From the NCBI GenBank assembly GCA_934725355.1, contig CAKVAO010000002.1, positions 73,714 through 137,713 on the forward strand: a DNA stretch of 64,000 nucleotides, written 5' to 3'. The notes below the pieces were generated by a model that saw only the letters and a list, made by a program, of their open reading frames with translations, had not been told where the DNA came from and searched no databases. The translations under genes and the position numbers were made by a program. Of the stretch, positions 36,641-46,290 are shown piece after piece; within the stretch, counting starts at the first letter, position 1; each line of letters starts with the position of its first letter. The stretch comes from an uncultured Candidatus Saccharibacteria bacterium (lineage in GTDB: Bacteria; Patescibacteriota; Saccharimonadia; Saccharimonadales; Saccharimonadaceae).

Positions 36641-37044
36641 TATAATATTACCTCCTCAATTAACCATTGCGATACAAAATCACATAGTGTAACAAACACA
36701 CCGATAACCACGCAGAATATTATGATCGCTAGAGTTAGCTTCCAGGTGGCTGCGCGATTTGGCCATTGCACCTGTTTCAGCTCGCGCCAACTATCGCGGA
36801 AATAGTGCCCAATGGCTATAAATGGGCGCGCAATCCATACTGGTTTAGCGTCAGCTGGGGTAGCTTTGGTGGTTGATTTTGCGCTCCTGCTGCGCTTATC
36901 GGGCTTTGTGCTAGTTGCCGGCTTCGCCTTTTTTACTGTTGCTTTCTCGGTAACAGTTTTGCGTTTTACTGGCTTAGCTGTTCCGGTATTCGACGTCGCC
37001 TTGATGCGTCGGACTACCTTCTTTTTGCTGTCTTCACTCGCCAT
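36640..37044 (-). CDS. secE: preprotein translocase subunit SecE (long Lys/Thr/Ala-rich N-terminus)
   Basis: The C-terminal part reads FRDSWRELKQVQWPNRAATWKLT followed by a TM segment. It has a TAATG overlap with nusG. Confidence 0.88.
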   Translation of the reverse strand: MASEDSKKKVVRRIKATSNTGTAKPVKRKTVTEKATVKKAKPATSTKPDKRSRSAKSTTKATPADAKPVWIARPFIAIGHYFRDSWRELKQVQWPNRAATWKLTLAIIIFCVVIGVFVTLCDFVSQWLIEEVIL

Positions 37045-37120
37045 TTTACTCCTTACTTAAAAGAGCTTGAATACTCAAGCTGTCAAGTCTATTTTATAGC
37101 ATATGCTAGAAATGTGCAAA

Positions 37121-37372
37121 TTATCTGCCACTATTAACTATCGCACCAAAGAAGGTGTTTGCAATAAAATCGAGGATTAATGTATGCAGATTAAACATCA
37201 TGATGATACCCAACACGCACATGCCAACGCCAATCAGCTGATACTTGTTATAGCTATTAGCACCCCAGCCAAAGTTGTCGGCAATTTGTTTGTAGAATCT
37301 TACCATTAGAAAACCTAGCACAGTGATGATAATACCTACGATAAACCATGTAATGTTGAACTCATACTTCAT
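37121..37372 (-). CDS. small membrane protein (83 aa)
   Basis: Three hydrophobic segments, downstream of the histidine kinase. Confidence 0.5.
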   Translation of the reverse strand: MKYEFNITWFIVGIIITVLGFLMVRFYKQIADNFGWGANSYNKYQLIGVGMCVLGIIMMFNLHTLILDFIANTFFGAIVNSGR

Positions 37373-37393
37373 ATCCTAGCAATTATAGCATAT

Positions 37394-39049
37394 CTATTTG
37401 GCGCGAGACAATTCAAAGCTAAAGCATGATCCTTGATTAAGCTCGCTTTCTATATGGATTTGTGTACCTATCTTGCGGGCTAATTGATCAACAACATGTA
37501 GACCTAGGCCAGTACCGGATGTTTCGCGGGTGCGATAGTCTTCACTGCGCCAGAAGCGTTGGAACACATGTGGTATATCAGATTTACTGATGCCAATACC
37601 GGTATCTTTGACGTAAAATTTAACATGCTTACTATCACTGCCGGGCTCGGCGCCTATAGTTACACCACCAGTCTTGGTGTATTTCAGGGCGTTAGTAAGA
37701 ATATTCTGCATGATTTCTTCGATCGCCATGCTTGGTACGCTGACTGTGCCTTTAGTATTAACACTAAGCTTTAAATATAGACCGCGTTTATCCGCCTCGC
37801 CTTGATATTTAGATATTAGAGAGTTCATGAAATTCTCGATGTCAATATCCTCGTTATCCATGTATACGCCTCGCTGAGCGCGGCTAAGTGTCGAAAGGTC
37901 GTTTACCATTTGACCTAGATATAGAATCTGATTGTGTGCAGCGTCGAGTGTCTTACCGAAGACTGCGGGATCAGCCTTCTTCTGCAACAAGAATTGCAGG
38001 TTTGATAGAGCACCTTCGGCAATTGCCACAGGTGTGCGCAATTCATGGCTGACAACGCTAATAAACTCGTCTCGTTCATCCTCTAGTGATTTCTGTTTAG
38101 TAATATCTCGTGCAATTACGATGTAGCCATCGATAGATTTGCGCCCGCGCGAACTATCGTAGTCCTCGTGAATCGGTAGTAATGATAGGTGTAGGTTTAT
38201 TCTCTGGTTATCACTATACTGCAATAGCAAGTCATTACGTTCAACTACTTTATCGCTAGTCGCTAGATCACTGAGTTTTACAGGCTGTCCATCTTCGTCA
38301 ACTAAATGAAATACATTATTAATTGAAAGTCCACTGAGGTTACGGTTTGTGTCAAGTAAGTCTAGGGCTGCGGAGTTATATAACTGAATTAAGTTATTAT
38401 TGTCGGCGCTGATGACTAAATCTTTCATGTTGTTCACGACGGCGCGTAACCGTTTGGTTTGTAAGTGCTCGCGGAGTTTTAGTCTGTTGTAGTCGCGCAG
38501 CTGAATCGCCCCGCTCTCGCGTAGAGCATAGATGAAATAGGCGACAAAACAGGCAGCCAGCATGCCAGTAAGAATTGCCATAAATCTACTAGCTGGTACG
38601 TGCGGTGAAGTTAGCCAACCGATAACCGTGCATGAAAGTGCAATAATGTCGCCGGTCAGTAGCCACTTCCGCCCCAGTACAATGCCGGTTGTAGTCAGTA
38701 GTATTAGCCAGGACGTTGCAATGATTTCAACACTATCAATTTGTGTAATCCATAGAGAGAATAGTGCCAATGATCCGTAGAATATGACGAACATGCCTTT
38801 AATCCACCGCGTGCTACGTGGTGGTACGGCAAAGGCTAGTAAATTAAGTGCAAATAATACACCGATAATGACATGGGTTATATCCACGCCTAAGTATTTA
38901 ATTGGTTGCACCGAAATAACTTGGGTATTGCTTAGTGACGATGTGATTAAAAATACCAGCTGAATTGCCGCAATCATGAAACTAGTCCAACGAATTGTGC
39001 GCATTACAGTCTTATTTAACCTAACGCGCTCAGTGCTACGTCGCTTCAT
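37394..39049 (-). CDS. membrane sensor histidine kinase (multi-TM + PAS-like + HisKA + HATPase_c)
   Basis: H-box is VSHELRTPV, N-box is NILTNALKYT and the G-boxes are DTGIGI and GTGLGL. Confidence 0.9.
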   Translation of the reverse strand: MKRRSTERVRLNKTVMRTIRWTSFMIAAIQLVFLITSSLSNTQVISVQPIKYLGVDITHVIIGVLFALNLLAFAVPPRSTRWIKGMFVIFYGSLALFSLWITQIDSVEIIATSWLILLTTTGIVLGRKWLLTGDIIALSCTVIGWLTSPHVPASRFMAILTGMLAACFVAYFIYALRESGAIQLRDYNRLKLREHLQTKRLRAVVNNMKDLVISADNNNLIQLYNSAALDLLDTNRNLSGLSINNVFHLVDEDGQPVKLSDLATSDKVVERNDLLLQYSDNQRINLHLSLLPIHEDYDSSRGRKSIDGYIVIARDITKQKSLEDERDEFISVVSHELRTPVAIAEGALSNLQFLLQKKADPAVFGKTLDAAHNQILYLGQMVNDLSTLSRAQRGVYMDNEDIDIENFMNSLISKYQGEADKRGLYLKLSVNTKGTVSVPSMAIEEIMQNILTNALKYTKTGGVTIGAEPGSDSKHVKFYVKDTGIGISKSDIPHVFQRFWRSEDYRTRETSGTGLGLHVVDQLARKIGTQIHIESELNQGSCFSFELSRAK

Positions 39050-39076
39050 AGTGCTTATTCTAGCATATTATTGTAA

Positions 39077-39796
39077 CTATAGATACGGTGAGTAATGCTT
39101 TAATTTGTCGCGCTTTGCCTTTGCGTTTGGACAAATCAATTCTAAATCAGACCAAAAGGCCGCGCTGTGATCCATATGCTTAATGTGATTTAGTTCATGC
39201 AATATAACGTAATCGCACAATTCGTCGGGGAGAGTCATTAGCATGATGTTTAATGAAATTGTACCATTAGAGCTGCGACTGCCCCAGCGTGTCTTGGCGT
39301 GGCTAATGCGGAATTTGTTTATATCAATGGTAAAGTCGTGCTCGATGGCCAGCTGGTACAGCCGCCGCCGCAGATAGCTAGAGGCTTCCGTCTTTAGGCA
39401 CTTCTTTACTGCATCACGCACGTGCTGTTGGATTACACTGTCCATGGCGTCGCTGGGGTGTGTAACTGTTATTGTATGCTCAGCTACTCGACTACTCCAA
39501 CGCACTCCAGGTTTGATCTGTAGCGTGCGGCTATGGCCAATTCTATCACCGTTACTGTATAGGTGATTCGCCTTAATGCGGCTAAGATTGGCTTTGATAT
39601 ACATTCGGTTGTCGTCTAAAAACTTTTGCAGTGCTGATACCTTGACAATCCACGGTGCGTAGATTGTTAGCGACCCATTGATAGATATTTGATATGTAAT
39701 AATTGGACGGCGGATGTGTTTAATCTTGACCATACCAAAATCTACATCGGCGAATTCCTGAGTAGATATCTTTGGTGAACTACTCTGTGTCAGCAT
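39077..39796 (-). CDS. DUF45/YgjP-like (M48-type) metal-dependent hydrolase
   Basis: HELNHIKHMDHSAAFW contains the HExxH motif. The start is uncertain: ATG at 39883, 39796 or 39733. I chose 39796, a 17-nt overlap with the upstream gene. Confidence 0.7.
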   Translation of the reverse strand: MLTQSSSPKISTQEFADVDFGMVKIKHIRRPIITYQISINGSLTIYAPWIVKVSALQKFLDDNRMYIKANLSRIKANHLYSNGDRIGHSRTLQIKPGVRWSSRVAEHTITVTHPSDAMDSVIQQHVRDAVKKCLKTEASSYLRRRLYQLAIEHDFTIDINKFRISHAKTRWGSRSSNGTISLNIMLMTLPDELCDYVILHELNHIKHMDHSAAFWSDLELICPNAKAKRDKLKHYSPYL

Positions 39797-40451
39797 GGCT
39801 ATCGATGTTGATACTGCGAGCAGGTCTCGTGGCGTTTGCTCGGCGCGCAACCGCATTAGCTGTGTTAGTCGTGCTAGCTGCATTGATGGTTGGTACGGCT
39901 CGACCGCTGGCTACAATGCGTTTTAGAACATTGCGCGCCTGGGCGTCATAGTTATGCTTGCCACTAATTACTATTACATTGTCACGATCAGCTCGCGGCT
40001 CTTCGTAGCGCTCGGTAAACTGCGCTAGTTGTTCGGGTGTTAGGCTTTGCTTATACTTGTCACCTGGATTATTTTCACTGCGATGTAGAGCACGCCGGCG
40101 AATTGTAGCTGTATCTGTTTGTACTACGATAACCAGCATCTTATACCCTGCCTTGCGCGCCTTTGCTGCTAGCTTGCGACGATCAAGCTCTCTATTAAAG
40201 CCACCATCGATGACGAAGGTGCGCTTGGTGCGTAATAGCTGTTCAATCATTAGGTTGTTCATCTGGCTAACAATCTCGTTCTCGGTTTTGCTATAGGTAT
40301 GCTTAGAAAATAGCATCCAACGAATGCGGTCTGGGCTAGCAATTGCGGCGCCAAATGTGTCGGCGAATCTTTCGGCAAAATACGACTTTCCTGAACCTGG
40401 CACGCCAACGACAACCATCACAATTGGACTGGTTAATGTCAATGTTTCCAT
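39780..40451 (-). CDS. P-loop kinase-like ATP-binding protein (AAA_33/polynucleotide-kinase-like)
   Basis: Walker A is VGVPGSGKS, with a kinase-like lid (RRRALHR) and a low-complexity C-terminal tail. Confidence 0.65.
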   Translation of the reverse strand: METLTLTSPIVMVVVGVPGSGKSYFAERFADTFGAAIASPDRIRWMLFSKHTYSKTENEIVSQMNNLMIEQLLRTKRTFVIDGGFNRELDRRKLAAKARKAGYKMLVIVVQTDTATIRRRALHRSENNPGDKYKQSLTPEQLAQFTERYEEPRADRDNVIVISGKHNYDAQARNVLKRIVASGRAVPTINAASTTNTANAVARRANATRPARSINIDSHADTE

Positions 40452-40563
40452 CTATCTACTCTCCTAAATTTTAACTATATCTACTATATCACATATTTAC
40501 CGTTCGCTTGTGTAGGATGGCAATATTGAATTATGCTTAATAATATAATATGATATCTAACAT

Positions 40564-40639
40564 ACGGGCATAGCTCAGTTGGTAGAGCACAGGTCTCCAA
40601 AACCTGGTGTCGGCAGTTCGAACCTGTCTGCCCGTGCCA
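40564..40639 (+). tRNA. tRNA-Trp (anticodon CCA), CCA encoded
   Basis: Hand fold is ACGGGCA/TA/GCTC-AGTTGGTA-GAGC/A/CAGGT-CTCCAAA-ACCTG/GTGTC/GGCAG-TTCGAAC-CTGTC/TGCCCGT-G-CCA. Confidence 0.9.
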
Positions 40640-40649
40640 TGAAATTATT

Positions 40650-40676
40650 AAACAGCTCCGTCGTGGGCTGTTTTTC
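40650..40676 (+). terminator. possible terminator after tRNA-Trp
   Basis: AAACAGC-(10 nt)-GCTGTTT followed by TT. The stem is short and the loop large. Confidence 0.45.
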
Positions 40677-40822
40677 ATTATTTGTATCATCCATACACCA
40701 GATTACCGTTGTAACTATGGCTACGACATTCGCAATTTAACGTCACATAAAGTCGCTATATTGCAGGTTGCTATCTGCAATTGTTGTATTACTGTCTACG
40801 TATTATAGATAATATGCCACTC

Positions 40823-40851
40823 TTTACATGAATTATGCTATTGGTTATAAT
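40823..40851 (+). promoter_or_regulatory. near-consensus promoter TTTACA-17-TATAAT of the glucan operon
   Basis: TTTACA at 40823-40828 and TATAAT at 40846-40851. A 42-nt leader carries the GAGGGAAG SD. Confidence 0.6.
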
Positions 40852-40893
40852 GAATAACAGTTAAGGTAATATTGAGGGAAGAGACAGACATAT

Positions 40894-42180
40894 ATGAAAT
40901 TGTTGATGCTGGGATGGGAGCTACCGCCACATAACAGTGGCGGTCTTGGCGTCGCCTGCTATCAGATGGCTAAAGCACTTGCTGGACAAGGCTTAGATAT
41001 TAAATTTATGTTGCCGTATAAGGCTGACAGTAGTAAAACGGATCAGTTTATGGAGGTTATACCTGCCACTGACGCAAAGCCAATGATCGACAAAGACGGC
41101 AATTACGTAGCTATGGGGGCTTATTCAGGTAACTGCATTTGGTGTCATGGATCTCGCACCTGTCGCCATGCTAAGGCTTACGGCAAAGGCTTTGTCGCCG
41201 CAACTCACCAGTATGCCGATCGAGTTGAAAATATTATCGAGCAACGTCACATGCACCCTGATATTATTCACGCACATGATTGGCTAACCATGGAAGCCGG
41301 TGTGCGAGCCAAGAAGATTACTGGTGCGCCGTTGGTTATTCATGTTCATGCTACTGAGTTCGATCGTGCCGGTGGGCATCGTGGTAACCCTCTAATCCAC
41401 GATATCGAATTCTATAGCTTGCACATGGCTGATCAGATTTTTGCAGTGTCACAAATCACTAAAGACATTATTTGTCGTGAATACGGCATTCCAGCTAGCA
41501 AGGTAGAAGTCATTCATAATTCCATTGATCCTAGTGAGCTGACTCGTACAACAGTACAGTCAAACAACTATACATATATTAGAAAGATGCACGAACTCGG
41601 CTATACAACAGTTGTTAGTATTGGTCGACTAACTGTGCAGAAGGGTTTGTCGTACTTACTAGATGCCGCAGCTCTAGCAATCAGTAAAAATCCTAAGTTA
41701 CTATTCGTAGTTGCCGGCTCTGGCGAGCAGCGCGACCAGCTGATCGAACTAGTGGCTGACCTAGGTATATCGGATCGTGTTATCTTTACTGGCTTTGTGC
41801 GTGGCTCTAAATTCCGTGAGCTATACGAGCTCGGCGATATCTTTATTATGCCGTCTGTTAGCGAACCATTTGGCCTAACTGCTTTGGAGGCTGCTTACTA
41901 TAATTCTGCAATCCTGCTATCTAAAACTTCTGGCGTTGGTGAGGTATTACATAGTGTAATGCGTTTTGATTATTGGGATACACGCAAGATGGCTGATCAA
42001 ATCATCGGTATTTCGTTATCACCTGCCTTGCACGATGATCTGGTTGAAGGAGCTCGCAATGAGTATCTCAGCTGTAATTGGGGTGATGTCGCCCGTAAGA
42101 TGACCGTGCAGTACAATCGCCTAATCCAAGCATATAAAAAATCGTCTAGAAAGAATCATAGGGAGGTAAAAAATGTCTAA
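40894..42180 (+). CDS. glycogen-synthase-like glycosyltransferase (GT4/GT5, GT-B fold)
   Basis: N-terminal WELPPHNSGGLGVACYQMAKAL resembles the KxGGL motif. The C-terminal part reads SEPFGLTALEAAYYNSAIL. Confidence 0.75.
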   Translation: MKLLMLGWELPPHNSGGLGVACYQMAKALAGQGLDIKFMLPYKADSSKTDQFMEVIPATDAKPMIDKDGNYVAMGAYSGNCIWCHGSRTCRHAKAYGKGFVAATHQYADRVENIIEQRHMHPDIIHAHDWLTMEAGVRAKKITGAPLVIHVHATEFDRAGGHRGNPLIHDIEFYSLHMADQIFAVSQITKDIICREYGIPASKVEVIHNSIDPSELTRTTVQSNNYTYIRKMHELGYTTVVSIGRLTVQKGLSYLLDAAALAISKNPKLLFVVAGSGEQRDQLIELVADLGISDRVIFTGFVRGSKFRELYELGDIFIMPSVSEPFGLTALEAAYYNSAILLSKTSGVGEVLHSVMRFDYWDTRKMADQIIGISLSPALHDDLVEGARNEYLSCNWGDVARKMTVQYNRLIQAYKKSSRKNHREVKNV

Positions 42181-43372
42181 GTCAATTCAACTATATCTGC
42201 ACGTTCATCAGCCATGGCGTGTGCGTGAGTATTCTGCGTTTGACACTGGTACAAATCACAGCTACTTTGGCAGTAACAATGCGCGAATCTTGCGCAAGGT
42301 AGCCGCTAAGTCTTATTTGCCGACGAACGCGGTACTAAAGGACTTACTGAACCGTTACCCTGAGTTTAAATTTAGTATTTCTATTACTGGTACCTTTATT
42401 GAGCAGTGCGAGCAGTACGCTCCAGAGGTGTTGGATAGCTTCAAGGACCTGGTTAAAACTGGACGAGTTGAGATCATTGGCGAGACATATTATCATTCAC
42501 TAGCCTTCTTCTATAACCGTGCTGAGTTTGATCGCCAAGTTGCACTCCATGCCAAGCGCATTCAAGAGCTATTTGGCGTAACACCTACTGCATTCCGCAA
42601 TACTGAACTTGCCTACAATAACGATCTAGGCAAATGGGCGGATATCCATGGCTATAAGGCCGTGCTGGCTGAGGGCTGGGAGAAAATGTTGGCTTGGCGT
42701 AGTCCGAATTATGTATACCAACCGAATAATACGTCACGTACAAGGTTGCTGTTAAAAAACTATAGGCTTAGCGATGACATTGCCTTCCGTTTCGGCGATC
42801 GTACTTGGAAGGAATATCCGTTAACTGCTGATAAGTACGTTGAATGGATTGACGAAGACAAGGATTCTCCGCTGACTAATATCTTCATTGACTATGAGAC
42901 ATTTGGTGAACACCAGTGGGCTGATACTGGTATCTTTGAGTTCCTACGGAGCTTACCAAAGGAGTGGCTAAAGGATAAAGATCATAAATTTATGACTATC
43001 AGCCAAGCAGCTGAAGCTTATGCTCCAGCTGATAGCTTAGACGTACCGTACACCACAACATGGGCGGATTCCGAGCGTGATTTGTCGGCTTGGTTGGGTA
43101 ACCGCATGCAGCAGGAGTCGCAACATTACTTATACTCATTAGCACCGGCTATTATGGCAACCGAAGATGTCAATCTGATTGGTGACTGGCGTCGACTAAC
43201 CACCTCTGATCACCCGTATTATATGAGTACGAAATATTGGAATGATGGCGATGTGCATGCGTATTTTTCGCCGTATAAATCACCATACGATGCATTCCTG
43301 TGCTATATGAATGCACTACGTGATATTCGCTATCGTCTAATCGAGCACCAAGAACATACTCGAATCAATTAG
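42173..43372 (+). CDS. glycoside hydrolase family 57 (alpha-amylase/branching-enzyme-like)
   Basis: LHVHQPWR and IDYETFGEHQW (nucleophile Glu motif). GGAGG SD is present. Overlaps the upstream gene by 8 nt. Confidence 0.8.
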   Translation: MSKSIQLYLHVHQPWRVREYSAFDTGTNHSYFGSNNARILRKVAAKSYLPTNAVLKDLLNRYPEFKFSISITGTFIEQCEQYAPEVLDSFKDLVKTGRVEIIGETYYHSLAFFYNRAEFDRQVALHAKRIQELFGVTPTAFRNTELAYNNDLGKWADIHGYKAVLAEGWEKMLAWRSPNYVYQPNNTSRTRLLLKNYRLSDDIAFRFGDRTWKEYPLTADKYVEWIDEDKDSPLTNIFIDYETFGEHQWADTGIFEFLRSLPKEWLKDKDHKFMTISQAAEAYAPADSLDVPYTTTWADSERDLSAWLGNRMQQESQHYLYSLAPAIMATEDVNLIGDWRRLTTSDHPYYMSTKYWNDGDVHAYFSPYKSPYDAFLCYMNALRDIRYRLIEHQEHTRIN

Positions 43373-43401
43373 TTTAATTAAGGCAAGGAGGTAGAGACAA
43401 T

Positions 43402-45405
43402 ATGGCAAGACTACTAATTCTATCAAATGGTAGTCTGGCGGTTTGCATGGACAATACTGCGTCGGTTAGCGATCTCTACTTTCCGTATGTTGGACTGAGT
43501 AATCACGCTGACGCACTGACACCACACCATAAAGTCGGTGTTTACGTTGATGATGCTATTCATTGGCTAGATGACGGAACTTGGAATATTGAGCAGGACT
43601 ACTATCCGGGGCGTTTAATTGGCCGAACTATCGCCGATAACCCGTGGTTGGATATACGAATTGAGTTTCAGGACTTTGTTGATTATGAATTAAATGTTTT
43701 TGCGCGAAATATTCATTTGATTAACACTTCGGACCGCAACCGGAATGTTAAGCTATATTTACACCAGGCATTTGTCTTAAATGAAGCCTCTGATGGACGT
43801 GATACTGCAGAGTATATACCAGCTAAAGCTGTGTCGAATATCCACTACCCTGTTATTTATCATTATAAGGGCAATATCACATTTGCCCTGACCGGTGATG
43901 TGGCATGTCATGGCGAGCCAGCTGTGCCATTTGATAGCTTTAGTGTTGGTCGCTTTGGCGGTATTGGTCCGAGTCATCGTGATGGCGTGTGGTGTGATGC
44001 AGCTGACGGACGATTGGCAAAGAACCCAATAGAACATGGCTTAACAGATTCGATTATTCAGTTTAATGTCAATCTAGCGCCACACGACTCGACTCGCGTA
44101 CACTACGAGCTAGCTGCTGGCGATAGCTTAGACGCTGCACTGCATGATTTACGTCGCTTTAATACTGAAGGATTTGGCAGCCGCCTAGAGTCCACTGACG
44201 AGTATTGGGGTACGTGGATCAAGCCGGCTGCAAGCTTAGCGGCTACTAAGGTTGACGGTTGTTATCGTTACACTTTTATTGATTCGCTATTATTGCTAAA
44301 GGCTATGACCGATAATCATGGTGCCATAATATCTAGTCTCGACACTGAGACGCTACGGCATACCAGTCGCGCTTACAATGGCTGCTGTCCGCGTGACGGT
44401 GCTGCGACTGCTCTGACATATGCCAAATTAGGCTATAATCGTGAGGCACTCAATTTTTATAGTTTCATGGCCTCTGCCCTTTCGAATGAAGGCTATTTGA
44501 ATCAGGTTTATCGTCCAGACGGTAGCCTCGGTCAGTTATCGCACTCTTGGTTACATGGTGGCAAAGCTGTACTTCCGATTCAAACAGATCAGACGGCGAC
44601 AGTTCTGTATTCCTTCTGTCGATCAGCGCAAATCGCCCTAGCGAATAAGACTAATGTTGCTGAATGGAAACGCCTGTTCAATAAACTAGCTATACCTGCG
44701 GCAAACTTCCTATCAGACTACATAGATCCAACGACTAAATTACCCAAGCCGTCATATGACATTTGGGGTGTGGTTTACGAGACTACGACATACACTACGG
44801 CTGTAACATATAAGGCGCTGTCATTAGCGGCTGATCTAGCCGAGCATTTTAGAAACACTGGTAATGCTATTAAATATCGAACTACTGCCGACGAGATGCG
44901 TGATAATGCCTATATGCTGTGGGATAAACGGCGTAATTACTTCTATCGTGGGTTTACTAGAAACGACAACAATATTATTGGCTATGACGAAACGATTGAC
45001 GCATCTAGTTTCTATGCCGCCTGGTACTACGGGCTATTTGACGATAATCTGATAGCTGATGCTCAGCGTACACTGTCTAGTCGATTTAATTTAACTAATG
45101 ACAAGCCACGTTCACCGCGATACGAGAGCGATGGCTATGGTGGATATGAAAACACCTGGTATATTACGACGCTATGGTTGGCGCAATACCAAATCAGTCG
45201 GCATAATACTAATTACGGTAAAAATGCCCTGGATTGGGTTGATCAAACAATTGAAAACCGTAATGGCCTAGCCGAACAGGTTAACTTGGGCGGCGACCAA
45301 GTGATTTCAGCTTCTCCAACTACATGGTCTCACGTTGAATATATTAATACATGTCTGTGCTACGGACGTCCAGAAACTGGCTCTGAGGGAAAGAGAGATA
45401 TATGA
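43402..45405 (+). CDS. glycoside hydrolase family 15 (glucoamylase-like)
   Basis: The (alpha/alpha)6-type landmarks are CCPRDGAATALTY and NGLAEQVN. 667 aa with an AAGGAGG SD. Confidence 0.75.
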   Translation: MARLLILSNGSLAVCMDNTASVSDLYFPYVGLSNHADALTPHHKVGVYVDDAIHWLDDGTWNIEQDYYPGRLIGRTIADNPWLDIRIEFQDFVDYELNVFARNIHLINTSDRNRNVKLYLHQAFVLNEASDGRDTAEYIPAKAVSNIHYPVIYHYKGNITFALTGDVACHGEPAVPFDSFSVGRFGGIGPSHRDGVWCDAADGRLAKNPIEHGLTDSIIQFNVNLAPHDSTRVHYELAAGDSLDAALHDLRRFNTEGFGSRLESTDEYWGTWIKPAASLAATKVDGCYRYTFIDSLLLLKAMTDNHGAIISSLDTETLRHTSRAYNGCCPRDGAATALTYAKLGYNREALNFYSFMASALSNEGYLNQVYRPDGSLGQLSHSWLHGGKAVLPIQTDQTATVLYSFCRSAQIALANKTNVAEWKRLFNKLAIPAANFLSDYIDPTTKLPKPSYDIWGVVYETTTYTTAVTYKALSLAADLAEHFRNTGNAIKYRTTADEMRDNAYMLWDKRRNYFYRGFTRNDNNIIGYDETIDASSFYAAWYYGLFDDNLIADAQRTLSSRFNLTNDKPRSPRYESDGYGGYENTWYITTLWLAQYQISRHNTNYGKNALDWVDQTIENRNGLAEQVNLGGDQVISASPTTWSHVEYINTCLCYGRPETGSEGKRDI

Positions 45406-46043
45406 AGTTTAGCCCTAGTAAATATGATCGACCAGTATTCGGCAAAATCTGCTCTGAGTACAATCTAACTTATTATGGTACAGCGATTCCTAGCGATGAT
45501 AGTGACTATACGCCCGTGCGTGGTCTGACTGCATCGCCAGAACAGGTTGATGATAACTATTCGCGCGGTATTATTAGTGGTTACCCTGTGCAGCTGTTGC
45601 AGCGTACGCATGATGTGCTGCTATCTAATATGCCTGAACGCAATCAGACGTGGACGATTTGCGAGATCAATATGCATAGACAGGATCTGCCGCATTTTTA
45701 TCTAAACGGCCTGTCTGATGATGATCAATATAGCTCTGTACTGATATCATTTCTGCGCATGTACGAGATTGATTTGGCTAGCTTGGGTCAGCCTATTTTA
45801 AACAAGTTTCGTGAATACTTTTGCTTGTATATTACACCAGATGATATACCAGCCGTGCAGCAACTCTTTACATTAGAGATTCAAAATATGCTAGCATCAT
45901 ACTTTGCTAACATAGATATCGAGATTGATGGAGACAAGTTGTATATATATTCAGTTGAGAAACCTATTAAGTTGCCCACTATTGACAAAATGTTACGGAT
46001 TGGCCTATGGTTAGCTAGTCGAATAGATTATATGGCGAAATAA
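45402..46043 (+). CDS. hypothetical protein, fourth gene of the glucan operon
   Basis: ATGA start/stop overlap with the GH15 gene. 213 aa with no recognisable motif. Confidence 0.6.
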   Translation: MKFSPSKYDRPVFGKICSEYNLTYYGTAIPSDDSDYTPVRGLTASPEQVDDNYSRGIISGYPVQLLQRTHDVLLSNMPERNQTWTICEINMHRQDLPHFYLNGLSDDDQYSSVLISFLRMYEIDLASLGQPILNKFREYFCLYITPDDIPAVQQLFTLEIQNMLASYFANIDIEIDGDKLYIYSVEKPIKLPTIDKMLRIGLWLASRIDYMAK

Positions 46044-46096
46044 CGTCATTATGCTTGCGTAATAATGGTGTATCTGCTATTATAATCAATAGATTT

Positions 46097-46171
<75 letters not shown>

Positions 46172-46187
46172 TATTTTGACTATGTTT

Positions 46188-46215
46188 AGGCGCCCTATCG
46201 GGCGTCTATTTATTT
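46188..46215 (+). terminator. terminator after tRNA-Thr
   Basis: AGGCGCCC-tatc-GGGCGTCT followed by atttattt. Confidence 0.65.
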
Positions 46216-46241
46216 ACAGATTGGAAGTTCTATGCTATAAT
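46213..46241 (+). promoter_or_regulatory. near-consensus promoter TTTACA-17-TATAAT
   Basis: TTTACA at 46213-46218 and TATAAT at 46236-46241. Confidence 0.6.
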
Positions 46242-46245
46242 ATTC

Positions 46246-46269
46246 AAATCTTGGCGATCGCCAAGATTT
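46246..46269. promoter_or_regulatory. perfect 24-bp palindrome (candidate operator / 5'-UTR hairpin)
   Basis: AAATCTTGGCGATCGCCAAGATTT begins 4 nt after the -10 hexamer. It lies upstream of the GGAGGA SD and ATG 46291. Confidence 0.6.
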
Positions 46270-46290
46270 GCACCTTTGATTGGAGGACGG

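Noticed and set aside
40484-40690. 68-aa minus-strand ORF
   Set aside because: It is antisense to tRNA-Trp.
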